Assembly (NCBI GenBank): GCA_026003475.1 | Contig: BPHJ01000001.1 | Span: 613,189-677,188, forward strand | Direction of reading: 5' to 3' | DNA length: 64,000 nucleotides | Source: Candidatus Kapaibacterium sp. | Lineage (GTDB): Bacteria; Bacteroidota; Ignavibacteria; Kapaibacteriales; NICIL-2 | Shown here: positions 8,672 to 18,805 of the stretch, in pieces | How the letters are laid out: each line of letters begins with the position of its first letter | Position numbering within the stretch: position 1 is the stretch's first letter | The notes under the pieces: model-generated | Database searches by the model: none | Told to the model about the DNA's origin: nothing | Seen by the model: only the letters and a program-made list of their open reading frames with translations | Position numbers and translations under genes: made by a program

Positions 8672-9739
8672 ATGAATCGGACACGACTATTGATCGCACT
8701 TGGCGTCATTGTTTTGGCTGCTGCGTATCTGCTTCCACTGTGGCGTATTGAGTTGCAAGCACCTCAGTATCCTGAGCCGATTGGAATGCTAATCCACGTG
8801 AACACAATTCGTGGGATCGGGGAAAACGACTTGGAGAATATCAACATCCTGAATCACTACATCGGGATGAGAGCTATTGAGCCAGAGAGCATACCGGAGC
8901 TCCGTTTTATGCCATGGATACTTGCTGGACTGATTGTTCTTGGTATCGTGGCTCTGCTGTATCCACGACGATGGCTCATTGGGTTCTGGGTAGCAGCCCT
9001 GATTACCAGTGGTGCAGTTGGGCTTTATGATTTCAACCAATGGGAAGTTGACTACGGAACCAATCTCAATCCCACTGCGCCCATCAAAATTGAAGGTATG
9101 ACCTATAAGCCACCACTCATTGGTACCGAACAATTGCTCAATATCACCGCACATTCCTATCCATCGTGGGGTGGCTATGCAGTGGTGGTAGCAATTCTGC
9201 TGGGCATCGCTGCGATCTACTGTTCGAGTCAGAAGGCCGGGAGACTCTGTAAGAGCTCTGATCAGAAAAGCACGGCAGCTTCGGCTTTCGCAAAAGCATC
9301 AATGTCGTTGGCGCTCTGGCTTTTGGTATCGACAGGGCTTTCGTGCTCGCCATCCCCTGAGCCAATCCGCTATGGGAGCGATGAATGTACCGTATGCAAG
9401 ATGATCATCAGTGACCAGCGCTTTGGGGCGGAGATCGTGTCCACAACGGGAAAGGTGTACAAGTTCGATTCGATTGAATGCATGGTCAATCACCTTCTGC
9501 GCCAACGGCAGCAAGATGGAACAGTCGCACTCACCCTTGTGGTGAATTTTTTCTCTCCCGGAACCTTAATGGATGCACACAATGCACACTACCTTCGTAG
9601 CGAGAATCTCCCCAGTCCCATGGGAGCCGATTTGAGTGCCTATTCATCCGAGGCCGAGGTTCAGCGTGCCCGGTCACAGTACGGCGGCAGTGTACTTTCG
9701 TGGGAAGAAGTCGAACGCTACATCGCATCCTTGGATTGA
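8672..9739 (+). CDS. nosL: NosB-like 4-TM membrane protein continuous in-frame with a NosL copper-binding lipoprotein domain
   Basis: N-terminal half has four predicted TM helices (nosB-like, the usual gene after clade-II nosZ). After a linker comes an internal ATG at 9302 followed by MSLALWLLVSTGLSC (signal peptide + lipobox) and a NosL-like core GSDECTVCKMIISDQRFGAEIV...KFDSIECMVNHL. There is no stop codon between the two parts. Confidence 0.7.
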   Translation: MNRTRLLIALGVIVLAAAYLLPLWRIELQAPQYPEPIGMLIHVNTIRGIGENDLENINILNHYIGMRAIEPESIPELRFMPWILAGLIVLGIVALLYPRRWLIGFWVAALITSGAVGLYDFNQWEVDYGTNLNPTAPIKIEGMTYKPPLIGTEQLLNITAHSYPSWGGYAVVVAILLGIAAIYCSSQKAGRLCKSSDQKSTAASAFAKASMSLALWLLVSTGLSCSPSPEPIRYGSDECTVCKMIISDQRFGAEIVSTTGKVYKFDSIECMVNHLLRQRQQDGTVALTLVVNFFSPGTLMDAHNAHYLRSENLPSPMGADLSAYSSEAEVQRARSQYGGSVLSWEEVERYIASLD

Positions 9740-11016
9740 GAACAGGAGTGACCATCGTACTACTTCTCGTCCTGGCTGGATCGTTTGCTTGTGCAGAGGT
9801 AGTGCGCGTCTGCGCCGGGTGTCGCTTTGCTACTCTCGAAAGCGCGATCCGCGTAGCTGCCGCCGGTGATACAATCGTCATCGAGGCGGGGCGATACAAC
9901 TCAACCCATGTGCTCATCACCAAGCCGCTAACCATTATTGGCAATGACAATCCAATCCTCGATGGCGGGGGAACTGGGACTGTCATCACCGTGCGGAGTG
10001 TACCCGTCTCGATTCGTAACGTCGTCATTACCAACACGGGTTTTTCATCGCTTGATGAATACGCTGCTATCAAGCTCATTGAGAGTACCGCCAGCACTGT
10101 GGAGAACATCGAAGCTCAACGCTGTGCATTTGGGGTAGTTCTCTACCGTTCATCACAGTGCATACTCTCGAATATTCGGTGCGAGGGCACCAGCGCGGCT
10201 GAGTCGCTTTCGGGTAATGGTATCCATCTCTGGAAGTCGCCCTCGTGCAGGATTAAGCACTGTTACGTCGCTCACCATCGGGATGGACTGTACTTTGAAT
10301 TCAGTCGGCACTGCAGCATCGAATCAAACGAGAGCGTAGCAAATATGCGCTACGGTTTGCACTTTATGTTTTCTGACAGCAATGCATACCGGAACAACGT
10401 GTTCCGCAGTAATGCCGCTGGCGTTGCGGTGATGTACTCCCGCAATGTTCTCATGGACGCGAACGTTTTTGCTGATAACTGGGGACCGAGTAGTTATGGA
10501 TTGTTGCTCAAGGATATCAATCAGAGTCGGATCAGCAACAATGTGTTCGATAGGAATACTGTTGCAATCTACATGGAAGGAACCGATGGCACAAGGTTCA
10601 CAACGAACCTTTTCCGTGCCAATGGGTGGGCACTGAAGGCACTCGGAAGTTGCATCGGTGATACTCTCGAGGACAATTCGTTCGTAGCCAACACGTTCGA
10701 CGTGATGACCAACGCCTATCACACCGAGCTGATCTGTCGGCGCAACTACTGGGACCAATACCGTGGCTACGATCTCGATCACGATGGGTTGGGCGATGTG
10801 CCGCATCGTCCGGTCTCGGTTTTCTCGATGCTGGTTGAACGGGTGCCGACAGCAGTATTGCTGCTCCGAAGCTTTGTTGTTGAGCTGTTGACATACGTTG
10901 AACGTGTCATTCCATCGCTGATTCCAGCAGCACTACTGGATCCGATGCCGCGAATGGCTCCACCAAGCTCCGCAACGCCGTCCCATTTTGATCGCACTCG
11001 TCAACCAGAGATCTAA
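9700..11016 (+). CDS. nosD: periplasmic copper-insertion beta-helix protein NosD
   Basis: GTG start overlapping the nosL end by 40 nt. Signal peptide, then parallel beta-helix repeats (NVVITNTGFSS, NNVFRSNAAGVAVMYS, NVFADNWG...) typical of NosD/CASH domains. Confidence 0.9.
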   Translation: MGRSRTLHRILGLRTGVTIVLLLVLAGSFACAEVVRVCAGCRFATLESAIRVAAAGDTIVIEAGRYNSTHVLITKPLTIIGNDNPILDGGGTGTVITVRSVPVSIRNVVITNTGFSSLDEYAAIKLIESTASTVENIEAQRCAFGVVLYRSSQCILSNIRCEGTSAAESLSGNGIHLWKSPSCRIKHCYVAHHRDGLYFEFSRHCSIESNESVANMRYGLHFMFSDSNAYRNNVFRSNAAGVAVMYSRNVLMDANVFADNWGPSSYGLLLKDINQSRISNNVFDRNTVAIYMEGTDGTRFTTNLFRANGWALKALGSCIGDTLEDNSFVANTFDVMTNAYHTELICRRNYWDQYRGYDLDHDGLGDVPHRPVSVFSMLVERVPTAVLLLRSFVVELLTYVERVIPSLIPAALLDPMPRMAPPSSATPSHFDRTRQPEI

Positions 11017-11022
11017 GTCACG

Positions 11023-11757
11023 ATGAATCAACCTTCACTTCCACTGCTCAAGGTAGCTGGACTCACCAAACGGTATGGCAAGTATGAGGCGCTTCGTGGA
11101 GTGGATTTGGAGATCAATGCTGGGGAAATCGTTGCTCTCATGGGTCCCAACGGATCAGGAAAGAGCACATTGATCAAGAGCATTGTTGGTCTGGTGTATC
11201 CCGATCGCGGGAGCATTCAGATTGCTGGCCACGACGCTCGGAATGGTACTGTCTACCGCCGAGTTCTTGGGTACATGCCACAAGTAGCACGCTACCCAGA
11301 AACGCTGACTGTTGGGGAGCTCTTCCGGCTACTTACCGAGCTACGCCGAGATTGCACCGAGTATGACCGAGAACTCTACGATGAGCTCCGTATCGAATCG
11401 TTCGAGCACAAACAGCTTGGAATGCTGTCTGGTGGTCAGCGGCAGCGAGTCAGTGCTGCGCTTGCATTCTATTTTGCTCCAAGTGTCCTTCTCCTCGATG
11501 AGCCAACTGCCGGACTCGATCCTGTTTCGACAGAGACTATCAAAGCAAAAATTCGCGCGGAGCAGCAGCGCGGAAAAGCGTTTCTCATCACGACACATAG
11601 CCCACAGGACGCAATGGAACTTGCTCATCGGCTGGTGTACGTCTACGAGGGCAAGATCCGCATTGATGCTCCGTTGGAAGCGATCATGGCAGTATCTGCC
11701 TCGGGTAGTCTGATGCCAGCAATTGCATGGTATCTCCAAACACAGGTGGAGCGATGA
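11023..11757 (+). CDS. nosF: ABC transporter ATP-binding protein NosF
   Basis: Walker A GPNGSGKST, ABC signature LSGGQRQRV, Walker B LLLDEPTAGLD. Lies in the nosDFY order. Confidence 0.9.
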   Translation: MNQPSLPLLKVAGLTKRYGKYEALRGVDLEINAGEIVALMGPNGSGKSTLIKSIVGLVYPDRGSIQIAGHDARNGTVYRRVLGYMPQVARYPETLTVGELFRLLTELRRDCTEYDRELYDELRIESFEHKQLGMLSGGQRQRVSAALAFYFAPSVLLLDEPTAGLDPVSTETIKAKIRAEQQRGKAFLITTHSPQDAMELAHRLVYVYEGKIRIDAPLEAIMAVSASGSLMPAIAWYLQTQVER

Positions 11758-12527
11758 CGACAGCACTACTCCTGGCGCGTGCAGCGTTCATGCAAACGCT
11801 CCGCAGCCGATCGGTGATAGGATATAGTATGGCATGGGCAGGGTTGATTGCTGCTACTACCCTGTTCAGTGGTAATGCTATGAATGCAACGCTGACAATC
11901 GTCAGCTTTCAGCTCTTGATTGTTCCCCTTGTCACATTGATGCTGGTTTCACTGCAACACTACAACAACCGTGAATTCACCGAATTACTCTTAGCCCAGC
12001 CAATTCGTCGCAGCGCGTACTACTGGGGGCAGTGGTTTGGTGTAAGCGTAGCCTTGAGCTTTATGCATGCGATACCAATCGTTGGTGGCTATGCCATCTG
12101 GCAGAAGTACAACGTTCTGCTGCTGTGCAGTAGCGGCATTGTCTTGACGCTCACGTTCAGCAGCCTTGCCTATCGAATTGCCGTCGGTCAACCAGACAAG
12201 GCGCGGGGGATTGGGATCGCCCTACTTGTGTGGCTTTACTGTGCGATGATCTACGATGCGATTATCGTTGTCGTAATGGCGCTGCTCCAGGATTATCCGC
12301 TGGAGAACATCCTCCTTGTTCTTCTTGCGCTCAACCCGATTGATGCAATCCGGGTTGCCGTTCTGCTCCAAACCGATACGGCGGCGTTGATGGGGGTGAC
12401 AGGTGCATACCTGCGTGCGTTTTTCGGTACCGACAAGAGTCTCTTCGCGATTGCTGCAGTCGTTACCGTTTGGATCGGGTATCCCCTTGTTCGCGGGCAG
12501 CGCATCTTTCGCATCCGTGATTTTTAG
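11754..12527 (+). CDS. nosY: ABC-2 type permease NosY
   Basis: ATG overlaps the nosF stop (ATGA). Six predicted TM segments. Position after nosF. Confidence 0.85.
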   Translation: MTTALLLARAAFMQTLRSRSVIGYSMAWAGLIAATTLFSGNAMNATLTIVSFQLLIVPLVTLMLVSLQHYNNREFTELLLAQPIRRSAYYWGQWFGVSVALSFMHAIPIVGGYAIWQKYNVLLLCSSGIVLTLTFSSLAYRIAVGQPDKARGIGIALLVWLYCAMIYDAIIVVVMALLQDYPLENILLVLLALNPIDAIRVAVLLQTDTAALMGVTGAYLRAFFGTDKSLFAIAAVVTVWIGYPLVRGQRIFRIRDF

Positions 12528-13027
12528 AGTGCCTCTTCCTGCTGTCGGGATGCGTAGAAAAATGGCAACAGTGCTAATGCGGTTGTGTAGAGTGCAGCGG
12601 CGATACCGTTCTTCACGTAGAACTCGCCCAGCGGAATATCAGCGGGTCGAGTGTAGAGGAGAGAGTACACCGCATTGTGCACTAATGCACACAGAAGAGT
12701 TACGCCGACGTAGCGTGTAGAACCGATGCTGCTGCGTATGGTTGCTTCCTCACGCCAAAAAAATCCAGCAACGTAACCGGCAACTAACTTGACCAGCGCA
12801 TTCGATCCCAGCACGTCGGTCGAGACAATATCGAATAGCAGTCCACTGAAAAAACCAAAGAGGATTGCCGGAAATTGTCCCTTATGCAGCGCCAGTGCAA
12901 CAATGACTAAAAGCAACAAATCGGGCGTGATTCCACCAACGGAGAGCAGATTGCTCGCGATCGTACCGACGATAATCGCCAGCAGAGCTGCAATAGTGTA
13001 TACGCCGTATTCCCCGATACCCCTCAT
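12524..13027 (-). CDS. mreD: rod shape-determining protein MreD
   Basis: Polytopic small membrane protein (MRGIGEYGVYTIAALLAIIVG...) immediately downstream of mreC on the minus strand. Internal ATG chosen at 13027. Confidence 0.7.
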   Translation of the reverse strand: MRGIGEYGVYTIAALLAIIVGTIASNLLSVGGITPDLLLLVIVALALHKGQFPAILFGFFSGLLFDIVSTDVLGSNALVKLVAGYVAGFFWREEATIRSSIGSTRYVGVTLLCALVHNAVYSLLYTRPADIPLGEFYVKNGIAAALYTTALALLPFFYASRQQEEAL

Positions 13028-13055
13028 GGTGAACTCACGGCCCTGTGTTCCCGAT

Positions 13056-13910
13056 TCATCTGCCGGTGATGCGATGGTTGATAAATTCCTGCAGTGCGTT
13101 TTCGAGCGTGAGCTGTTCGGTCGGCGGTGTGTGCAGGATGACAAATACCTGTTCTAAGCGCCAGAACTCCACACGTGGTCGGACTGTAATGCGGTAGAAC
13201 ATCGAGCTTGGGTCGGGAACAACGCTTTCGACGGTCCCGATTGGAATCTCCGGGAAATATCGCGTGCTCAGGGAACTTGTCACAACGAGATCACCAACCT
13301 GCACGGTGTGCGTCTTGGGAATGTTGTGGAGCAACAGGTACTCGAATCCATCCCACGCAATGATACCTTCTTCGCGTGTGGAGGCAAGCCGGGCACTGAC
13401 TCGAACATCACGATTGAAGAGCGTCTGAACGATTGCAAAGTGTCCACTTGTTCCGATTACACTGCCAACAAGTCCTGCGTCGGTGACAACATTCATTCCT
13501 GGTTTGATACCATCGTTGCTGCCACGGTCGAGTGTGATGTACTGGCGGGTACGGAAAGTGGTTTTTCCCACCACAGAGGCAGCACGGTAGGTAAACATGG
13601 CATTCTGCCGGAGCGCGAGCATTCGGCGAAGCTGCTCATTCTCGATGCCTGCCTTTCGCAGAACCATTACTTCTTGGAGCAATTCCATGTTGATCTGGCG
13701 TAGCGCTTGATTCTCCCGTTGGAGGGCAATGGGGTTGGGAATCCAGGCGACGGCTTCCTGTGCAAGTCCCAAGCCTCCGATGATCAACGCACGAAATCCG
13801 CCAAGCTGGGTGACGTCGCCATACGACATCAGTGCCAACGCAATGATACTGAGCAGGACGGCGATGATGTGCTCACGGTAGCGGAGAACAAATTCGATGA
13901 ACCGTTGCAT
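13056..13910 (-). CDS. mreC: rod shape-determining protein MreC
   Basis: N-terminal TM segment, coiled-coil region (ENQALRQINMELLQEVMVLRKAGIENEQLRRML), C-terminal beta domains. Lies between mreB and mreD. Confidence 0.85.
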   Translation of the reverse strand: MQRFIEFVLRYREHIIAVLLSIIALALMSYGDVTQLGGFRALIIGGLGLAQEAVAWIPNPIALQRENQALRQINMELLQEVMVLRKAGIENEQLRRMLALRQNAMFTYRAASVVGKTTFRTRQYITLDRGSNDGIKPGMNVVTDAGLVGSVIGTSGHFAIVQTLFNRDVRVSARLASTREEGIIAWDGFEYLLLHNIPKTHTVQVGDLVVTSSLSTRYFPEIPIGTVESVVPDPSSMFYRITVRPRVEFWRLEQVFVILHTPPTEQLTLENALQEFINHRITGR

Positions 13911-13916
13911 GGCGCA

Positions 13917-15014
<1,098 letters not shown>

Positions 15015-15047
15015 CTACAAACTTTCTTGCCCGCTGCGTATCTACGG

Positions 15048-15434
15048 CTATGGTCGGTCTTTCGTGCTGCGCTGAAACAGCGAGCTGAGGTAGGCTCGAA
15101 ACGATAACTCTGCTGGAGCAGGTGCCGTTGGTATTCGGACGGAGTTCGGTGGTGAGGGTTCACCCTTCGGAAAGGGTTGGGGGCTGGTTCCCGCAAGTGT
15201 GCCCAGCAGGTTGATGCTCTGCTCGGTAACGCCCAGAAGGAGGCGCTTATCCCCAACGTCCACAATAACAAGCGTTGCTTTCGGTGCCAGCGGTTGCCGG
15301 GCAATAATGCGAATCGGTATCCCGCTTATGCTACCGCGTTGACGAGCAAACCGGCGGAGGACGACAGCAACGATCGCAAGTGCTACGATGCTTGCGACAA
15401 GAACAAGTGCGGCATTGACAATCGTCCAATCCAT
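15048..15434 (-). CDS. fliO: FliO-like small membrane protein (flagellar export-gate family), orphan
   Basis: Single N-terminal TM helix, then KATLVIVDVGDKRLLLGVTEQSINLLGTL, closely paralleling E. coli FliO RERVVVVDVEDARLVLGVTAGQINLLHKL. Similar C-terminal tail. No fliPQR follows; mreB follows instead. Confidence 0.55.
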   Translation of the reverse strand: MDWTIVNAALVLVASIVALAIVAVVLRRFARQRGSISGIPIRIIARQPLAPKATLVIVDVGDKRLLLGVTEQSINLLGTLAGTSPQPFPKGEPSPPNSVRIPTAPAPAELSFRAYLSSLFQRSTKDRP

Positions 15435-15511
15435 TCGGTCAGCTCTCGGTAACCGGCTGCGAACTTAGCAAGTCGGTGCTGTAATTTGCACCATCATCGA
15501 GCGCTCACGAC

Positions 15512-16303
15512 ATGAATGTTGCTGTTGTCCAGATGGAGCCAGCATTCGGCGATCTCGAAGCAAACTGTGCGCGGATATGTTCGCTGCTGGCTCGTGCTGA
15601 TGCACCAGTGGTGATTTTCCCCGAACTGGCGCTCAGCGGATACTTTTTTACCGACCGCCAGCAGCTCCACCAGCTTGCACTTGAGCGAGACGCGAGCTTG
15701 CTGCAGGCAATCGAGGACGTAGCGACCAAGCAGGGAAAGATTGCGATCGTTGGGTTTCCGGAAAAGGAGGGGGACAACATCTACAATGCAGTGGTGCTGC
15801 TCGGATATCAAACCGAGCGATGCTACTATCGGAAAGTTCACCTGTTCTACAAAGAACGCTTTGTCTTCACCGAAGGCAATGTAGGCTTTCCGGTGGCCCG
15901 CGTTGCATCCCTCGACCTGCACATTGGGCTGATGATCTGCTACGACTGGCGATTTCCCGAAGCAGCGCGAACGCTGGCGCTCCAGGGTGCTGATCTCATC
16001 GCGTGCCCGTCGAACTTGGTCACCCACATTTGGCGAATGGCAATGCCGGTTCGCGCGCTCGAAAACAAGGTCTATGTCGCTGTCGCCAACCGCATTGGCA
16101 CCGAGTCTAATGGCGATGAAACGCTTTCGTTCAATGGGCGTTCGGCGATCTATGGCTACAACGGGTCGGTGCTTGCCGAGCTGCCCGCAGATGTGGAAGG
16201 AATTGCCGTTGCCCCGATTGAGCCTGACAAGACTCGTTCGAAGTCGTTCAATCCGATCAACGATCTGTTTGCCGATCGCCGACCGTGGGCCTATCGGCTT
16301 TAG
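15512..16303 (+). CDS. carbon-nitrogen hydrolase family protein (nitrilase/amidase superfamily)
   Basis: Catalytic E (VIFPELALSGY), K, and C (GLMICYDWRFPE) signature of the CN-hydrolase fold. 263 aa. Confidence 0.8.
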   Translation: MNVAVVQMEPAFGDLEANCARICSLLARADAPVVIFPELALSGYFFTDRQQLHQLALERDASLLQAIEDVATKQGKIAIVGFPEKEGDNIYNAVVLLGYQTERCYYRKVHLFYKERFVFTEGNVGFPVARVASLDLHIGLMICYDWRFPEAARTLALQGADLIACPSNLVTHIWRMAMPVRALENKVYVAVANRIGTESNGDETLSFNGRSAIYGYNGSVLAELPADVEGIAVAPIEPDKTRSKSFNPINDLFADRRPWAYRL

Positions 16304-16357
16304 TTGGCGATTCGTAGTTTTGAATTGGTGTTCTGTTGCATTACTGCGTTCCGACCA

Positions 16358-17050
16358 ATGGGCATCTTTAGTCGAATTGCCGACATCTTCAAAGCAAACG
16401 TCAACGATGCGCTCGACCGCGCCGAGGACCCGGAAAAAATGCTCAAACAGATGGTCCTCGAAATGGAAGAGTCGGTCAACAAAGCCACCTTCGCTGTTGC
16501 ACAAGCGATTGCCAACGAGAAATCACTCGAGCGGAAGATTGCCAAGGCTCAGGACCAGTCACGTGATTGGCAGCAGAAAGCCCTCCAGGCCCTCCAAGCC
16601 GGCCGCGAAGACTTAGCGCGTGCTGCGCTCGAGAAGAAAGCGATTGCCGATCGGAACGCCGCTGATCTGCAGCCCATCTATGAACAAGCAAAAGCAACCA
16701 CTGCCAAGCTCCGCCAACAACTCGATCAACTCAAAGCAAAACTCGATGAAGCAAGGTCGCGGCAAAGCACCCTGATTGCTCGGTCGCAGGCCGCCAAAGC
16801 GCAAAAGCAAATTGCCCAAGCCTTCAGTGGCGTCGGTTCGGATGCCTTCTCGAAGTTCGATAAATTCGAAGGGAAGATCGAACAGCTCGAAGCCGAAGCC
16901 ACCGCCTTCGAACAGTTGGCTGGCGAAAGTAGCTCTCTTGAGCAAGAATTCAAACTACTGGGATCAAGCCACACCGTCGAGGAAGAATTGGCAAAACTCA
17001 AAGCCTCGCTCGGTCAGCTTCCGCCACGCACCACAGAATCTAACGAGTAG
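16358..17050 (+). CDS. pspA: PspA/IM30 family protein (phage shock protein A)
   Basis: MGIFSRIADIFKANVNDALDRAEDPEKMLKQMV..., the canonical PspA N-terminus, followed by a long coiled coil. Start taken at ATG 16358, not the track start at 16304. Confidence 0.85.
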   Translation: MGIFSRIADIFKANVNDALDRAEDPEKMLKQMVLEMEESVNKATFAVAQAIANEKSLERKIAKAQDQSRDWQQKALQALQAGREDLARAALEKKAIADRNAADLQPIYEQAKATTAKLRQQLDQLKAKLDEARSRQSTLIARSQAAKAQKQIAQAFSGVGSDAFSKFDKFEGKIEQLEAEATAFEQLAGESSSLEQEFKLLGSSHTVEEELAKLKASLGQLPPRTTESNE

Positions 17051-17070
17051 TCACCATTCCTCATTTCCTG

Positions 17071-17523
17071 TTGGAGAACACTATGCCAACACCTCCTGAA
17101 TTGATCGAAGCTACCCGCCAACGCGTCGAAAGCATCTTGCGCGATGCGTTTCCTGAATACGTGCCGTTCTCGAATGGCTCCTTTTCGGTTTCGTATGGCT
17201 CGACGCAAGTGATCATCGTCGTCAGACCGTTCACGGAAACAGAATGCGTCGTCGAGTGTATCGCGCATGTTGTCTCCGGTGCGAAAATCAGCGAGGAACT
17301 CTTGCGGTACCTGCTCCGCAAGAACGCTGAAATTCATCTGGGTGGCTTCGGGCTACTCTTCGATGATACCATCATCTTCTCCCACTCGATTACTGCCACC
17401 AACATGGATCGGAACGAGCTGGTGACGACTATAACCAGCGTCGCAATCATCGCTGATCATTACGACGACGAGATCGTTGCCATGGCAGGAGGGCAGCGTG
17501 CTGCCGATGTTCGCGCAGAGTAA
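17071..17523 (+). CDS. YbjN-like putative sensory-transduction regulator domain protein
   Basis: 150-aa acidic cytoplasmic protein with the pattern FSVSYGSTQVIIVVRP...IHLGGFGLLFDDTIIFSHSI, consistent with the YbjN family (PF10722). Lies between pspA and the ECF sigma gene. Confidence 0.5.
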   Translation: MENTMPTPPELIEATRQRVESILRDAFPEYVPFSNGSFSVSYGSTQVIIVVRPFTETECVVECIAHVVSGAKISEELLRYLLRKNAEIHLGGFGLLFDDTIIFSHSITATNMDRNELVTTITSVAIIADHYDDEIVAMAGGQRAADVRAE

Positions 17524-17554
17524 TCACCAGCAGTAGTCGTGGCGCCGCGAGATT

Positions 17555-17579
17555 AAACTGCATCCTTCTGTCGAGCGTC
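17555..17579 (+). promoter_or_regulatory. candidate ECF-type promoter (AAAC-N17-CGTC) upstream of the ECF sigma gene
   Basis: AAAC at 17555-17558 and CGTC at 17576-17579, separated by 17 nt, about 35 nt upstream of the ATG at 17613. Resembles the -35 AAC / -10 CGT architecture of autoregulated ECF promoters. Confidence 0.25.
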
Positions 17580-17612
17580 AAAGCTTGCGAGTTGGGCTTA
17601 TCGCAGATACTC

Positions 17613-18209
17613 ATGATGACAGCTCATGCAATGGCGCTCTCGGCAGAAGAAGCAGCACTGATCAATGAATACGTCCACGGCGACCGTGAGCGTGCTGCAA
17701 CGCAGTTCGTTCGCCACTACCAGCGCTTTGTCTACGGCATCGCACTCCGGCACCTCGACGGCAATCACGACGATGCCTGCGACGTTGCGCAAGAAACCTT
17801 CATTCGTGCGCTGCGCCATCTCGATCGCTTCAAGGGTGAAAGCTCGATCCAAACGTGGCTCTACCGGATCACCGTCAACACATGCCTATCGTTTCGGCGT
17901 CGGTGGCGGCGCCATCAGCGGCTCAGCGATGTTGTCGAAAGCGACGACGAGCTACCCTCAACCATCCCAATGCCCGATCGGCAATTGGAAGATCACGAAT
18001 TTGTCGAACGTCTCCATGCAATGCTCAGTAAGCTACCCCCCAAGCAGCGCGAGACGTTTTACCTACGCTACGTCGAGGGACTCAGCTACGAAGAGATTTC
18101 CGGTATCCTTGGTGTGAGTGTCAGCGGACTCAAAGCGAACTACTTTCACGCTGTCCGCAAGATTGCTGCTCTGCTCGGACGTCCCATTCCTCCAGGAGAA
18201 AAGCGATGA
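17613..18209 (+). CDS. RNA polymerase ECF-type sigma-70 factor
   Basis: Region 2 (FVRHYQRFVYGIALRHL...DVAQETFIRALRHLDRFKG) and region 4 HTH (LSYEEISGILGVSVSGLKANYFHAVRKI). ATG at 17613 chosen inside the track ORF that starts at 17592. Confidence 0.85.
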   Translation: MMTAHAMALSAEEAALINEYVHGDRERAATQFVRHYQRFVYGIALRHLDGNHDDACDVAQETFIRALRHLDRFKGESSIQTWLYRITVNTCLSFRRRWRRHQRLSDVVESDDELPSTIPMPDRQLEDHEFVERLHAMLSKLPPKQRETFYLRYVEGLSYEEISGILGVSVSGLKANYFHAVRKIAALLGRPIPPGEKR

Positions 18210-18805
18210 ACACCGATCAGCTCCGTCTGCTGCTACCGGACTATGTGGCTGGTACCTTGAGTGAGCAGGAGCGCGCGCTCGTCGAAGCCGCACTTGCGCA
18301 GTCTCCGGAACTCCGTTCGGAGTTGGAGGACATCGCTGGGGTATTTGCTGCATTTCCTGCCAAGCAATTGCGGCAAGAACTCGATTGGCGTGCTCGTACG
18401 ATCAGCGCTGCAGTGAGCCAACATCTGGGTGCAGCCGCAGTGCCGCGTCGGGTGTGGTGGCGGCTTGCTGCTGGTGCTATGGCGGCAGGTGCACTCGCCG
18501 TGTGGGCAATGGTTGGCCTGCAAAAGCACGACCAGCCGCCATCGCCTTCTGCTGTGGCACTCAACCAGAAGGTAGCACCAGTTCAGCAAACGGCCACAAC
18601 AGATACCCACGCCACTGCTTCCTCATTGCCACAAGCACAGCCGCACCCGAAATCGTATCCCGATGCTGCCGTGCAACGCCATGATTCGGGAATAGCTAGG
18701 CTAACGCTCGATGCTCTGGCAATGGCTACTTTTCCCGATGATGCAATTGATTCTCAGTTTGTTGAACATTTTGTCGAGGTATTCAGCGATGCGTCCACGT
18801 ATTAG
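18206..18805 (+). CDS. membrane-spanning anti-sigma factor (cognate to the upstream ECF sigma)
   Basis: Start overlaps the sigma stop (ATGA). N-terminal LLPDYVAGTLSEQERALVEAAL anti-sigma motif, a single TM (WWRLAAGAMAAGALAVWAMVGL), and a Pro/Ala-rich periplasmic tail. Confidence 0.6.
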   Translation: MNTDQLRLLLPDYVAGTLSEQERALVEAALAQSPELRSELEDIAGVFAAFPAKQLRQELDWRARTISAAVSQHLGAAAVPRRVWWRLAAGAMAAGALAVWAMVGLQKHDQPPSPSAVALNQKVAPVQQTATTDTHATASSLPQAQPHPKSYPDAAVQRHDSGIARLTLDALAMATFPDDAIDSQFVEHFVEVFSDASTY

